NCBI GenBank assembly: GCA_003140935.1
Contig: PLLJ01000037.1
Coordinates: forward strand, 1 to 62,525
Direction: 5' to 3'
From: Candidatus Omnitrophota bacterium
GTDB lineage: Bacteria > Omnitrophota > Omnitrophia > Omnitrophales > Aquincolibacteriaceae
Length of the DNA: 62,525 nucleotides
The notes under the pieces are model-generated. The model was not told the DNA's origin, did not search any database, and worked only from the letters and a program-made list of their open reading frames with translations. Both the position numbers and the translations under genes were made by a program. How positions within the stretch are numbered: the stretch's first letter is position 1; each line of letters starts with the position of its first letter. Below are positions 40,573-49,960 of the stretch, piece by piece.

Positions 40573-43149
40573 TTACCCGAAATAGCAGACGACTTTTTGA
40601 GAAAGGACGTCTGCGGCGATCTTGAGTTCGTTCTTTTTCACGTCGAACACCTTGACCACATGCTCATATTTTTTGTATTCCGGCGCCAGTTTCTTGAGCG
40701 TCTTCGGGATCGCTTCAAAGAATTTTTTGTCCATCGCCACGCTCGGGTCCTCCGGGAAAAGGGCCACATAAAAGATCCCCGTTTCCACAAGGTCCTGGAA
40801 GAAATGGGTCCCGAAGGAGATCTCGGGAGAGGCGTTTTCCGTAACAAAGGCGATCTCACCGAGGACCGTAATATGATTGATCTCGGCAAAAGAGACCGGC
40901 ACCCCCAAAGAAGGCGTGGTCGTTCCCCACCGCCCCGGGCCTAAAAGCATCACGGCCATTTTCTCTTTGCTTTCGATCTTTCGATTGAGCTCTCCGACAA
41001 CGCGCGCGATATCATAACGCTCGGATTGCGTCTCCAACCCGCAATAAGCCTCCGGGTCCACGTAGATGATCCGGTCGATCGTCTGCAAAATGTTCCCGCC
41101 GAGAAAATTTCCTTTCGAGCAGAAGAGAGTTTTTTCCTTGGGGATCGTTTTCGGGATCTTGACGCGCTGTCCCAATCCCTTGGTCTGCATCGGCCGGCAC
41201 TGGACCAGGTTTACCTGGAATTCTCCGCTTGGCTTGAAATTGACCGTAAATTCGATATCCACGGGGTACCCGTAGGCCGCTTCCAAGGTTTTGAGGATCT
41301 TTTGCATGATCGGGGCGAACTTTGTTTTTGAAACAAGGCTGTCGAAAGTGATGATCCAGGGTTCCTCGTCGGACCCCATCGCCTGTAATTTTTCCGCGAC
41401 TTCGTGGTCCTTGATCGCCAGAAGCTCGAGAGGTAAATCCACCTTTTCCTTAAGTAATTTTCTGAAAGAAATCGTTTGCGGGATATTTTCTTTGACGTTC
41501 AATACGTCCACGTCGTGCTGAGAGAACTTTTGCGTCGCCGCCATCCCCGCATAGGCCTTGAGAAGAGGCTCATCCAGGGCCACCACTCGAGGGTAGTCTC
41601 CTTCGACACGGTTGACCGCGCGGGTCCCCAAACCCAGGACCAATCGCAACATGCCCGCTTTGGGGTCTAAACCGCTCTTCCAGACAAAAACGTTCTGCGA
41701 GATCCCGACACCGGCGGCCGCCGGGAAAAAATAATCCTGGTGGTAAGCCCCCGAGACCCTCTGGACGAGAAGCGCCATTTGTTCGTCCATCTGGTCCAAT
41801 CCGCGCTGCAACCGGTAGGCCAAGGCGTCCGGATTCATCGTAGAAGCATAGATCCGCCGGACCGCTTCAACGAACTTCGCATACCGCTCGTCGGGCGTTC
41901 CCTGATTGACGAGAAAAACACTTTCATATTTTCCGGCAAAGGCGTTCCCGTAACTATCCTCGAGCAAACTGCTGGAACGAACGATGATCGGTGATTGTCC
42001 GAAATATTCGATCATTTGCAAGAATTGGTCTTTGATCTCTTCGGGGAAAATACCCCTGAGCAATTCCTCATGAAGTCTCCCGGCCATCTCAGAATAACCT
42101 TCCGGTGTTCTCTGCGCCATATGGTCCTTCCAGAGACCGTTTTCAACAATATAGGTATAGAAGACATCTGAACCGATATAGAAAGAATCGTGCGGCTCGA
42201 ATAATTTTTCCGTTTCCAAGGACTTTTCTTTCAACAAAATGTTCCGGGCGATCAACATCCCGACGGACTTCCCTCCGATGAACCCCGTCCCGATCATTCT
42301 CGCCTTGATATTCAAGAGATCCTCGAGCGAAAGGTTCTCCTTAGCCAGTTCCAGCATTTTTTCATCGCGCGCCAGCACGATCCTGCATAGTTGGTCCATC
42401 ATTTGTTCTTTGACCCCGTGGGAAGCGCCCTTTTGGCCCGCAAGGTCCTCCGCCTTCAAGAAAAGCTGGTCCCAGTAATCCAAGTGCCGCTTGGCGCTCT
42501 TGGCCCCTTTTTTAAAGATCTCGGAAAAGACCTTCGCCGTGTCGGCGCTATTGGCGATCGGGATGAATTTGTCCTTCTGCCGGACATGGGGCAGGAACAT
42601 GGTCGGAGAATAACGGTTCCAGACCTTCAGGAGATGGATATAACAATCACCGTGGTAATAATACACATCGATCAAAAGCTGGGTCGTATCCCGGATGCGT
42701 GCGACGGTCTTGAACGAATGCCGGTTCCGCAAAAGGGCGAAATAAGCGATCGTATTCAGTTCATAAAGGTAGGGGCAAGTGATCTTGAAAAAATTCCCGA
42801 TCATAAGGTCATTGGCCCAAGCCGAGAGCAGGTCCGAGAGGCAGTCGAAAACATAAAAAACGCCTTCGCCTTCTTTCTTCGCGATACTGTTGATCTGGGC
42901 GGAAAAAGGTTCGAAACCCACATGCGGGTTCAGTTTGTAGACCGTGATGTTCTTGTCTTCCTTCAGCAGGGGCTCATGATTGGCAAACCGGATATAGACG
43001 AGTTTTCTATTTTCTTCGAGGGCTTTTGGGACGAAGGGGGTGACAAACTCCGCGTAATGTTGGATCGTATCGACCTGCCAAACAACATTGTCGCCCAACC
43101 GCAATCCTGTGGTGACCTTATCGAGACCTTTGACTCCTGAGCTGATCAA
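40573..43149 (-). CDS. PEP/pyruvate-binding (PPDK_N ATP-grasp) domain protein with degenerate KaiC/RecA-like N-terminal domain
   Basis: 858 aa with a TTG start and AAGGAG upstream. The N-terminus GVKGLDKVTTGLRLGDNVVW resembles KaiC/RadA-type openings but lacks a Walker A. The central FIGGKSVGML and IIVRSSSLLEDSYGNAFAGKYES match the nucleotide-binding domain of PEP synthase/PPDK. I saw no phosphohistidine swivel or PEP-binding domain. Confidence 0.7.
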   Translation of the reverse strand: MISSGVKGLDKVTTGLRLGDNVVWQVDTIQHYAEFVTPFVPKALEENRKLVYIRFANHEPLLKEDKNITVYKLNPHVGFEPFSAQINSIAKKEGEGVFYVFDCLSDLLSAWANDLMIGNFFKITCPYLYELNTIAYFALLRNRHSFKTVARIRDTTQLLIDVYYYHGDCYIHLLKVWNRYSPTMFLPHVRQKDKFIPIANSADTAKVFSEIFKKGAKSAKRHLDYWDQLFLKAEDLAGQKGASHGVKEQMMDQLCRIVLARDEKMLELAKENLSLEDLLNIKARMIGTGFIGGKSVGMLIARNILLKEKSLETEKLFEPHDSFYIGSDVFYTYIVENGLWKDHMAQRTPEGYSEMAGRLHEELLRGIFPEEIKDQFLQMIEYFGQSPIIVRSSSLLEDSYGNAFAGKYESVFLVNQGTPDERYAKFVEAVRRIYASTMNPDALAYRLQRGLDQMDEQMALLVQRVSGAYHQDYFFPAAAGVGISQNVFVWKSGLDPKAGMLRLVLGLGTRAVNRVEGDYPRVVALDEPLLKAYAGMAATQKFSQHDVDVLNVKENIPQTISFRKLLKEKVDLPLELLAIKDHEVAEKLQAMGSDEEPWIITFDSLVSKTKFAPIMQKILKTLEAAYGYPVDIEFTVNFKPSGEFQVNLVQCRPMQTKGLGQRVKIPKTIPKEKTLFCSKGNFLGGNILQTIDRIIYVDPEAYCGLETQSERYDIARVVGELNRKIESKEKMAVMLLGPGRWGTTTPSLGVPVSFAEINHITVLGEIAFVTENASPEISFGTHFFQDLVETGIFYVALFPEDPSVAMDKKFFEAIPKTLKKLAPEYKKYEHVVKVFDVKKNELKIAADVLSQKVVCYFG

Positions 43150-43161
43150 GAGACTCTCCTT

Positions 43162-46100
43162 TTATGATTTAACCTTGGTGCCGTGATAGTCCTGGATCGA
43201 TTTCACGTCGAGATCATCATCCCGCACGGCCTTAAGACCGCGGACCGCCGCACGCGCGGCGCTGAGCGTGGTGATGCACGGGATATTGAAAGAGACCGCC
43301 AGGGACCGTATCTTGCCTTCATCCAGCATGGGGCCTTTGCCGCTCGGCGTATTGATGATCAGGTCCATTTTCTTTTCTTTGATCCAGTGCGAAAGGTTGG
43401 GATTTCCTTCCCCCATCTTGAGGACCTCCTCCGCAGGCACTTCCGCTTCTTTCAGGACCTTACCCGTTCCTTTGGTCGAAACGATCTTGAAGCCCAGCTT
43501 GTAGAACTCCCGGGCGATCTCAGCAATCTTGGGTTTATCGGTTTCTTTCACGCTGATGAACACGATGCCTTTACGCGGGATATGGGACATCGCCGCGTCC
43601 TGGGATTTGTAGAAGGCCTTCCCGAAATCTTTGTCGATCCCCATCACCTCTCCGGTGGATTTCATTTCCGGGGAAAGGATGATATCCACCCCCGGGAACT
43701 TCACGAACGGAAACACCGATTCCTTCACCGCCACATGTTTCGGGACGATCTCTTCGGTGAATTTCAGGTCTTTAAGGGATTTTCCTACCATAAGCTGCGC
43801 GGCAAGTTTTGCGAGCGGCACCCCGATCGTTTTGCTCACGAACGGCACGGTCCGCGAGGCGCGCGGGTTCACCTCCAAGCAATAAACCTGGCCTCTTTGG
43901 ATCGCGTACTGAACGTTCATGAGCCCGATTACGCCGAGCTCCTTGGCGATCTGTTTGGTTTTATGGACGATCTCTTCCACGATCTCGCGGGAAAGGGAGA
44001 ACGGCGGAATGACGGACGCGCTGTCACCGGAATGGATACCGGCTTCCTCAATGTGCTCCATCACGGAACCGACGACCGCGATCTTCCCGTCCGAAATAAG
44101 GTCCACATCGATCTCGATCGCGTCTTCGAGGAACTTGTCGATCAGCACGGGCTGGTGGTCCTCGCTCGCCTCGACCGCCTGTTTCATATATTTTTTAAGA
44201 GAGGTCTGGTCATAAACGATCTCCATCGCGCGCCCGCCCAGCACGTAAGACGGGCGGATGACCACGGGGTACCCGATCTCTTTTGCGATCTGGTGGGCCT
44301 CGTCAATGCTCGTCGCGATCCCGTTGGCGGGTTGGCGCAGATCTATCTTTTTCAGGAGTTTCTTGAAACGGTCGCGGTCTTCGGCGCGGTCGATCGCGTC
44401 GACCGAGGTCCCGAGGATCTTGACCCCGTTCGCCAGAAGGGATTTTGCGAGATTCAGGGGCGTCTGTCCGCCAAGCTGAAGGATCACTCCGATCGGTTTT
44501 TCGTTTTCATAGATATTCAAAACATCTTCCAGCGTGAGCGGCTCGAAGAAAAGCTTGTCGGAAGTGTCATAATCCGTGCTCACCGTTTCAGGGTTGGAGT
44601 TGACCATGATCGTTTCATAGCCCATTTTCCGGAGCGCCAGCACGGCGTGAACGCAGCAGTAATCGAATTCGATCCCCTGTCCGATGCGGTTCGGCCCGCC
44701 CCCGAGGATCATGACCTTCTTTTTCCGGCTGGGGTTCGCTTCGTCCTCGTCTTCATAGGTCGAATAAAAGTAAGGCGTGTAGGCCTTGAATTCCGCGGCG
44801 CAGGTATCCACGAGCTTATAGACCGGCTTGATACCGAGGCTCTTGCGTTTTTTGCGCACGTCCTTTTCCTGGAGCCCCCAGCAAAACGCCAGCTGCCGGT
44901 CGGAAAATCCGTATTGCTTGGCCCGGCGCATGAGCGCTTCCTGCAACTTGGGCTTCCCCTGCGCGGCCAGTAATTCCCGTTCAAAATCGATCAGCTGCTT
45001 GAGCTGTTCCAGGAACCACGGGTCGATCCCCGTTTTTTTATAGATCTCTTCGGTGGTGTACCCGGCCCAATAAGCGTACTTGACGTAAAAGATCCTGTCT
45101 TCCCGCGGGACCTTCACATAAGCGAATATTTTTTCGCGAAGTTCCTTGTCGTTCGAGACCGTTTTGATGAACTGGAGATATTCCTCGCGTGTTTTAAGTG
45201 TCAGGTCAAAGATCTTATCCTTACCATCGCCTCCGAACCCGAAGCGTTTCGTCTCAAGCGAGCGCAGGCCTTTTTGGAAGGCCTCCTTGAAGGTGCGGCC
45301 GATGGACATGATCTCGCCCACGGATTTCATTTGTGTCGTTAAACGGTCATCCACACCCTCGAATTTTTCGAAAGCGAAGCGCGGGATCTTGACCACGCAA
45401 TAGTCGATCGAAGGCTCGAACGAGGCCGGCGTGTATTTGGTGATATCGTTGGGGATCTCATCCAGCGTAAGCCCGACCGCGAGCTTGGCCGCGAATTTCG
45501 CGATCGGAAATCCTGTGGCTTTGGAGGCGAGCGCCGAAGACCTGGAAACGCGGGGATTCATTTCAATGATGACCATGCGGCCCGTCTGGGGTTCCACGGC
45601 GAACTGAACGTTCGAACCGCCGGTCTCGATCCCGATCTCGGACATGACTTTGCGCGCGGCATCACGCATCCGCTGGTATTCACGGTCCGTCAGGGTCTGC
45701 GCCGGGGCCACGGTGATGGAATCGCCCGTGTGGACTCCCATCGGGTCAAGGTTCTCGATCGAACAAATGACCACAAAGTTATCGTTAATGTCCCGCATCA
45801 CCTCCAACTCAAACTCTTTCCATCCGACGATCGATTCTTCGATCAGGATCTCGTGGATCCGGCTGTAATCAAGCCCCGTTCGTGCCGTGTTCCTGAGCTC
45901 TTCGAGATTATGGCAGATACCGCTCCCCGACCCCCCCAGCGTGAAACTGGCCCGTACGATCACCGGGTAACCGATCTTTTCGGCGACTTTCTCCGCTTCT
46001 TCCAGGGAGTACGCGAAATCGCTTTTGGGAAGGTCCAGACCGATCTTTTGCATGGCGCGTTTGAATTCTTCGCGGTTCTCCGCCTTTTTGATCGCTTCGT

Positions 46101-46458
46101 ATTTCGCGCCGATCATCTCGACATTATGCCGCTTGAACACTCCCGCCTCGTAAGCTTCGACCGCAAGGTTTAATCCCGTCTGTCCTCCCATGGTCGGCAG
46201 GACCGCGTCAGGCTTTTCCTTGGCGATGACCTTCTCGAGAAATTCTACGGTCAGAGGTTCAATGTAGGTTGAGTCCGCAAGTTCAGGATCGGTCATGATG
46301 GTCGCGGGATTCGAATTGATGAGGGTGACCTTGTAGCCTTCTTCTTTCAAGGCCTTGATGGCTTGCGCGCCCGAATAATCGAACTCGCAGGCCTGACCGA
46401 TAATGATGGGCCCGGACCCGATGATGAGGATCTTTTTAATGTCAGTTCTTTTGGGCAT
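43162..46458 (-). CDS. carB: Carbamoyl-phosphate synthase large subunit
   Basis: 1098 aa with duplicated ATP-grasp halves and a C-terminal MGS-like domain. Full-length pattern match. Confidence 0.98.
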   Translation of the reverse strand: MPKRTDIKKILIIGSGPIIIGQACEFDYSGAQAIKALKEEGYKVTLINSNPATIMTDPELADSTYIEPLTVEFLEKVIAKEKPDAVLPTMGGQTGLNLAVEAYEAGVFKRHNVEMIGAKYEAIKKAENREEFKRAMQKIGLDLPKSDFAYSLEEAEKVAEKIGYPVIVRASFTLGGSGSGICHNLEELRNTARTGLDYSRIHEILIEESIVGWKEFELEVMRDINDNFVVICSIENLDPMGVHTGDSITVAPAQTLTDREYQRMRDAARKVMSEIGIETGGSNVQFAVEPQTGRMVIIEMNPRVSRSSALASKATGFPIAKFAAKLAVGLTLDEIPNDITKYTPASFEPSIDYCVVKIPRFAFEKFEGVDDRLTTQMKSVGEIMSIGRTFKEAFQKGLRSLETKRFGFGGDGKDKIFDLTLKTREEYLQFIKTVSNDKELREKIFAYVKVPREDRIFYVKYAYWAGYTTEEIYKKTGIDPWFLEQLKQLIDFERELLAAQGKPKLQEALMRRAKQYGFSDRQLAFCWGLQEKDVRKKRKSLGIKPVYKLVDTCAAEFKAYTPYFYSTYEDEDEANPSRKKKVMILGGGPNRIGQGIEFDYCCVHAVLALRKMGYETIMVNSNPETVSTDYDTSDKLFFEPLTLEDVLNIYENEKPIGVILQLGGQTPLNLAKSLLANGVKILGTSVDAIDRAEDRDRFKKLLKKIDLRQPANGIATSIDEAHQIAKEIGYPVVIRPSYVLGGRAMEIVYDQTSLKKYMKQAVEASEDHQPVLIDKFLEDAIEIDVDLISDGKIAVVGSVMEHIEEAGIHSGDSASVIPPFSLSREIVEEIVHKTKQIAKELGVIGLMNVQYAIQRGQVYCLEVNPRASRTVPFVSKTIGVPLAKLAAQLMVGKSLKDLKFTEEIVPKHVAVKESVFPFVKFPGVDIILSPEMKSTGEVMGIDKDFGKAFYKSQDAAMSHIPRKGIVFISVKETDKPKIAEIAREFYKLGFKIVSTKGTGKVLKEAEVPAEEVLKMGEGNPNLSHWIKEKKMDLIINTPSGKGPMLDEGKIRSLAVSFNIPCITTLSAARAAVRGLKAVRDDDLDVKSIQDYHGTKVKS

Positions 46459-47578
46459 TGGATTGATTCTTTTCTATAAGGTCATAAAAACGGGTGAAGA
46501 GATAGTCGCTGTCATGCGGCCCGGGAGAATTTTCCGGATGGTATTGCACGCAAAAGATCGGGTATTTTTTGTGCCGGAACCCTTCGAGCGTCTTGTCATT
46601 TAAATTGATGTGCGTCATTTCCACTTCGTCCTTGGGCAACGAATCGATCACCACCACAAAATTGTGGTTCTGGGAAGTGATCTCGATCTTCCGGGTCTTG
46701 AGGTCCATGACCGGCTGGTTATTGCCATGATGTCCGAACTTGAGCTTTGAGGTTTTTCCGCCGAGCGCCTGGCCGATCATTTGATGCCCGAGGCAAATCC
46801 CAAAGATCGGCGTCTTGCCGATGAGCCTGCGGACCGTTTCCACCAGATATTTCACGGCCGCGGGGTCGCCCGGACCATTGGCGAGAAAAACACCGTCGGG
46901 TTTATACGCGAGGATCTCTTCGGCCGTTGCGTGCGCCGGAACTACCTGGACCTTAAAACCATGCTGGTTGAGTTTCCGGAGAATATTCCATTTCACGCCG
47001 CTATCCACGGCCACGATCTTGAACTTTTTTTTCTGAGTATCCCCCCAGGCGAACTCTGCCGGCATGATCTCGTCGAATTCAAAGGGCTTTTGACACGTCA
47101 CTTCTTTAACGAGATCCACCCCTTCGATGCCTTTGGATTTTTTGGCCTTTTGGATGAGTTTCTTGGGGTCCAGTTCCAGAGTGGAGATCACCGCTTTTTT
47201 CGCGCCCACGGTCCTGAGGTGCTTCACGAGTTTGCGGGTGTCGATCCCCTGAATGCCGAGGATATTGTATTTCTTGAGGTATTGATCCAGCGTCATCTCG
47301 GACCGGTAATTGCTGACCACCGGGCTCAGCTCCTTGATGATAAACCCTTCGACCCAGGGCCGGGAGGATTCCACGTCCGCGGCGTTGATGCCGTAATTGC
47401 CGATATGCGGGTAGGTCATGCAGACCATCTGACCTTTATAGGAGGGGTCGGTCAGGATCTCTTGATAGCCGCTCAAGCCCGTATTAAAAACGACTTCCCC
47501 GAAGGTTTCGCCTTCGGCGCCGAAACCTTCGCCTTCGAACCACACACCATCCTCGAGTGCTAGTATCGCTTTCTTCAT
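46442..47578 (-). CDS. carA: Carbamoyl-phosphate synthase small subunit (glutamine amidotransferase)
   Basis: 378 aa with the class I GATase motif GICLGHQ. It overlaps the carB start by 17 nt. Confidence 0.97.
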   Translation of the reverse strand: MKKAILALEDGVWFEGEGFGAEGETFGEVVFNTGLSGYQEILTDPSYKGQMVCMTYPHIGNYGINAADVESSRPWVEGFIIKELSPVVSNYRSEMTLDQYLKKYNILGIQGIDTRKLVKHLRTVGAKKAVISTLELDPKKLIQKAKKSKGIEGVDLVKEVTCQKPFEFDEIMPAEFAWGDTQKKKFKIVAVDSGVKWNILRKLNQHGFKVQVVPAHATAEEILAYKPDGVFLANGPGDPAAVKYLVETVRRLIGKTPIFGICLGHQMIGQALGGKTSKLKFGHHGNNQPVMDLKTRKIEITSQNHNFVVVIDSLPKDEVEMTHINLNDKTLEGFRHKKYPIFCVQYHPENSPGPHDSDYLFTRFYDLIEKNQSNAQKN

Positions 47579-47797
47579 GATTTTCTATGCTATGGGGTAG
47601 TGAATCAGTGGGCCTGCTTACTGCCTCAATTCTCACAAAACGAGAACTGACAAGCATTGGGACTGATCAAAAACGCCGTTATGAAGCCTCTAGTTTGGCG
47701 CATAGAATACTTCAGGTTTGGGCAACTGTCCAGCGGCGGATAGTCGTAAAATTCGGGGGTTAAAACCGCCAAATCCTTCAAAAAATCCCGACCCCGG

Positions 47798-47843
47798 GAA
47801 GGGGCATTTCTCGATCACCAAGGAAGGCAATTTCGGGACCGGG
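47798..47843 (+). repeat. About 46-nt intergenic repeat, copy 1
   Basis: GAAGGGGCATTTCTCGATCACCAAGGAAGGCAATTTCGGGACCGGG, closely similar to 62241-62288. Confidence 0.7.
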
Positions 47844-47905
47844 ATAAAATTCCACTTACATGCGTGGAACAGGCAACCAACAAATACCTGTCCCCCGCAA
47901 TGGAA

Positions 47906-49204
47906 CTAGAACGTGAAGAGAGCATCCGCGCTAAGAGTCACTTGATTGTGTTGCCCCTTATCGAAGACCGAATGGTCCGAGAAATCGTAACGAACTTCCG
48001 GCCGGATCAGCAAGCGTGACAGAACATTGTGTTGGGGGAACGGCTTGATCGCCACGCCCTGTGTGATCTCAAAGTAGTTCGCATTGGTGCCTCCGGGATA
48101 ACCGGTGGAGAACCCCTTGGAACCGTCTCCATACCACTCCGCACGAGTATTCAGCATAAAATACGAGTTAAGCGCGTAGCTGCTGTAGCCGGCCACACCG
48201 CCCCACTGTTTGGATCCTCCTGTAAGAGTGGGTATTCTTGGGGTCTGGACATAGTCCATGCCCGCCCCGAGGCTTAACTTATCAGTGATTTTCTGGGTGA
48301 CCACTAAGTCAAAGTTGGTCCAGATGTGACTCCTGTCTCCCGGAGGCAGTCCCCTTCCGGCACCGAATGGGAACTGTGGTCCTTCCGTCATCACGAAAAT
48401 AACGGAAGTCTTGTCCGTCGGCGTGTAGGTCACGCGGCCCAGGAAATCGGGTCTATGGTTGGCATCCCGTATGGATTGGTTCCAACCTTCGGTAATACCC
48501 GCATCAAACGTCCATTTTGGATTGAGCACATAGGTGAGCAAAGCACCCGTTTGAGTACCCGGCTCGGCATAGAGGAACTGGTAACTATAAGAATAGAGTG
48601 CTCTCATAGGATCCCCGAAAGCCCCGTAAATATTGGCGCTGAAATGTTCGAAACCGGCCAACTCGATCCATTTTCCCACGCGAAGTTTCATCGGTACGTA
48701 GGGGAAAGCCACGTCCACATAAGCTTGGAGAAGGTCCCATTGATAGCGGCCCGTTTGCTTGTCCATTAACCCATTCGAGTGAATGAATTTAGCATCCGAA
48801 CCAAAGATGCCTTCGGCATGAAATCCGAGGTCAAACTTTTTTTTCGTCGGATCGACCGTGCGTTCGATGTTCAAACTGGTCTTGTTAAACATCGGTGTGT
48901 TCTTGATATAGTTGTAACCCAGATAGGTCGGCCCCATACCATTGCGAGTCGCTGTGGTGTCATACATCATCCCAGCTTCGGAATAACCGTAAAAATTAAT
49001 GCCCGCCTTTTTCAGAAGATCCCCAACCCCGATGCTTCCCAATCCAGTCATGAGAAGCCCTTCACTTGGCGCAGCCGGAGGCGGCACAACTTCTGTCGTC
49101 TGAGTTTTGGGCTCGACAGGCGTATTTTCTGCGTAAATCGACCCGAAGCTCATACCCAGTCCGATCAAATAAAAACCAAACAACCCTCGTAACATTTTTC
49201 CCAT
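47906..49204 (-). CDS. Putative outer-membrane beta-barrel porin
   Basis: 432 aa with a signal peptide, alternating aromatic/hydrophilic strand pattern, and a C-terminal ...ADALFTF with terminal Phe. GGGAGGAAG lies upstream of the ATG. Confidence 0.5.
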   Translation of the reverse strand: MGKMLRGLFGFYLIGLGMSFGSIYAENTPVEPKTQTTEVVPPPAAPSEGLLMTGLGSIGVGDLLKKAGINFYGYSEAGMMYDTTATRNGMGPTYLGYNYIKNTPMFNKTSLNIERTVDPTKKKFDLGFHAEGIFGSDAKFIHSNGLMDKQTGRYQWDLLQAYVDVAFPYVPMKLRVGKWIELAGFEHFSANIYGAFGDPMRALYSYSYQFLYAEPGTQTGALLTYVLNPKWTFDAGITEGWNQSIRDANHRPDFLGRVTYTPTDKTSVIFVMTEGPQFPFGAGRGLPPGDRSHIWTNFDLVVTQKITDKLSLGAGMDYVQTPRIPTLTGGSKQWGGVAGYSSYALNSYFMLNTRAEWYGDGSKGFSTGYPGGTNANYFEITQGVAIKPFPQHNVLSRLLIRPEVRYDFSDHSVFDKGQHNQVTLSADALFTF

Positions 49205-49240
49205 GACTTCCTCCCTTGTTGGTTTTTAAAACTGCTTTCT

Positions 49241-49318
49241 AGCACCGTTCTCCGTTCAATTTTAGGGGCTAACGGCACCATACTGCGAACCCTCAAAATC
49301 AATTGGAGTGCAGTATTA
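49241..49318 (-). promoter_or_regulatory. Conserved structured leader element, copy b (Fis-HTH stop to porin start)
   Basis: Homologous to 35881-35958. Helix 1 is AUACUGC/GCAGUAU, which carries a compensatory C-G to U-A change relative to copy a. Confidence 0.55.
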
Positions 49319-49513
49319 GAACTTCAGCCCGTAATGTTTCAAGCGGTATCCCAGCATGCGTTCCGTGATCCCCAGGATCTCAGAGGCCACGCGCTGATTC
49401 CCTCCGGAACGCATCATAGCCTCCTCGATCATTTGTTTTTCTAGCTCATGAACCGCGTCCGGAAGCTTCCCCGAGCGGAAAGACGTTTTGTCCATTTCCG
49501 GAAACTCCTTCAT
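49316..49513 (-). CDS. Stand-alone Fis-type helix-turn-helix protein
   Basis: 65 aa. [39 protein letters not shown] matches the C-terminal DNA-binding domain of Fis/NtrC-family proteins. Confidence 0.6.
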   Translation of the reverse strand: MKEFPEMDKTSFRSGKLPDAVHELEKQMIEEAMMRSGGNQRVASEILGITERMLGYRLKHYGLKF

Positions 49514-49576
49514 TTTTTCTTGCGTTGAACGTTTTGTCGAATCAATAATGCGTCAATTTTCTTGATGGATAAAAGA

Positions 49577-49915
49577 TCAAATGGCTCTGTCGCCGCGTTC
49601 GCCGGTACGGATACGGATCACATCCTTGATGTCTGAAACAAAAATCTTGCCGTCACCGGGTTGTCCTGTCCGCGCCACTTTGATAACCGCATCGATGACC
49701 TTCTCAAGTGCAGCATCCGGAATAACGATCTCTAGACGGACCTTGGGAACTAATTCCAAACGGTAGTTCCCATTTTCCTTTTTCTGGGTCAGTCCTTTCT
49801 GAGTTCCATGGCCTTCGGCCTGTGAAGCGGTGATCCCCAAATAACCCGCCGCCTCGATCGCCTCACGCACCAAGGAGCTTTTCCCGGGCTTTACGATGAT
49901 CTCCAGCTTTTTCAT
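49577..49915 (-). CDS. Nitrogen regulatory protein P-II family
   Basis: 112 aa, typical PII length, with a T-loop region (GHGTQKG) and C-terminal GDGKIFV...IRIRTGE. Confidence 0.9.
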   Translation of the reverse strand: MKKLEIIVKPGKSSLVREAIEAAGYLGITASQAEGHGTQKGLTQKKENGNYRLELVPKVRLEIVIPDAALEKVIDAVIKVARTGQPGDGKIFVSDIKDVIRIRTGERGDRAI

Positions 49916-49960
49916 GATTGCATTCCTCCCTTTTTTTAAAATAACGGATACGGTTCTTGC

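Noticed and set aside
36707-40944. Multiple plus-strand ORFs (up to 426 and 397 aa) antisense to gltB and the 858-aa gene
   Set aside because: They are antisense shadows with low-complexity Arg/His/Gly-rich translations. The minus-strand genes are unambiguous.
43183-44973. 596-aa plus-strand ORF antisense to carB
   Set aside because: It is a shadow ORF. carB is full length and highly conserved on the minus strand.
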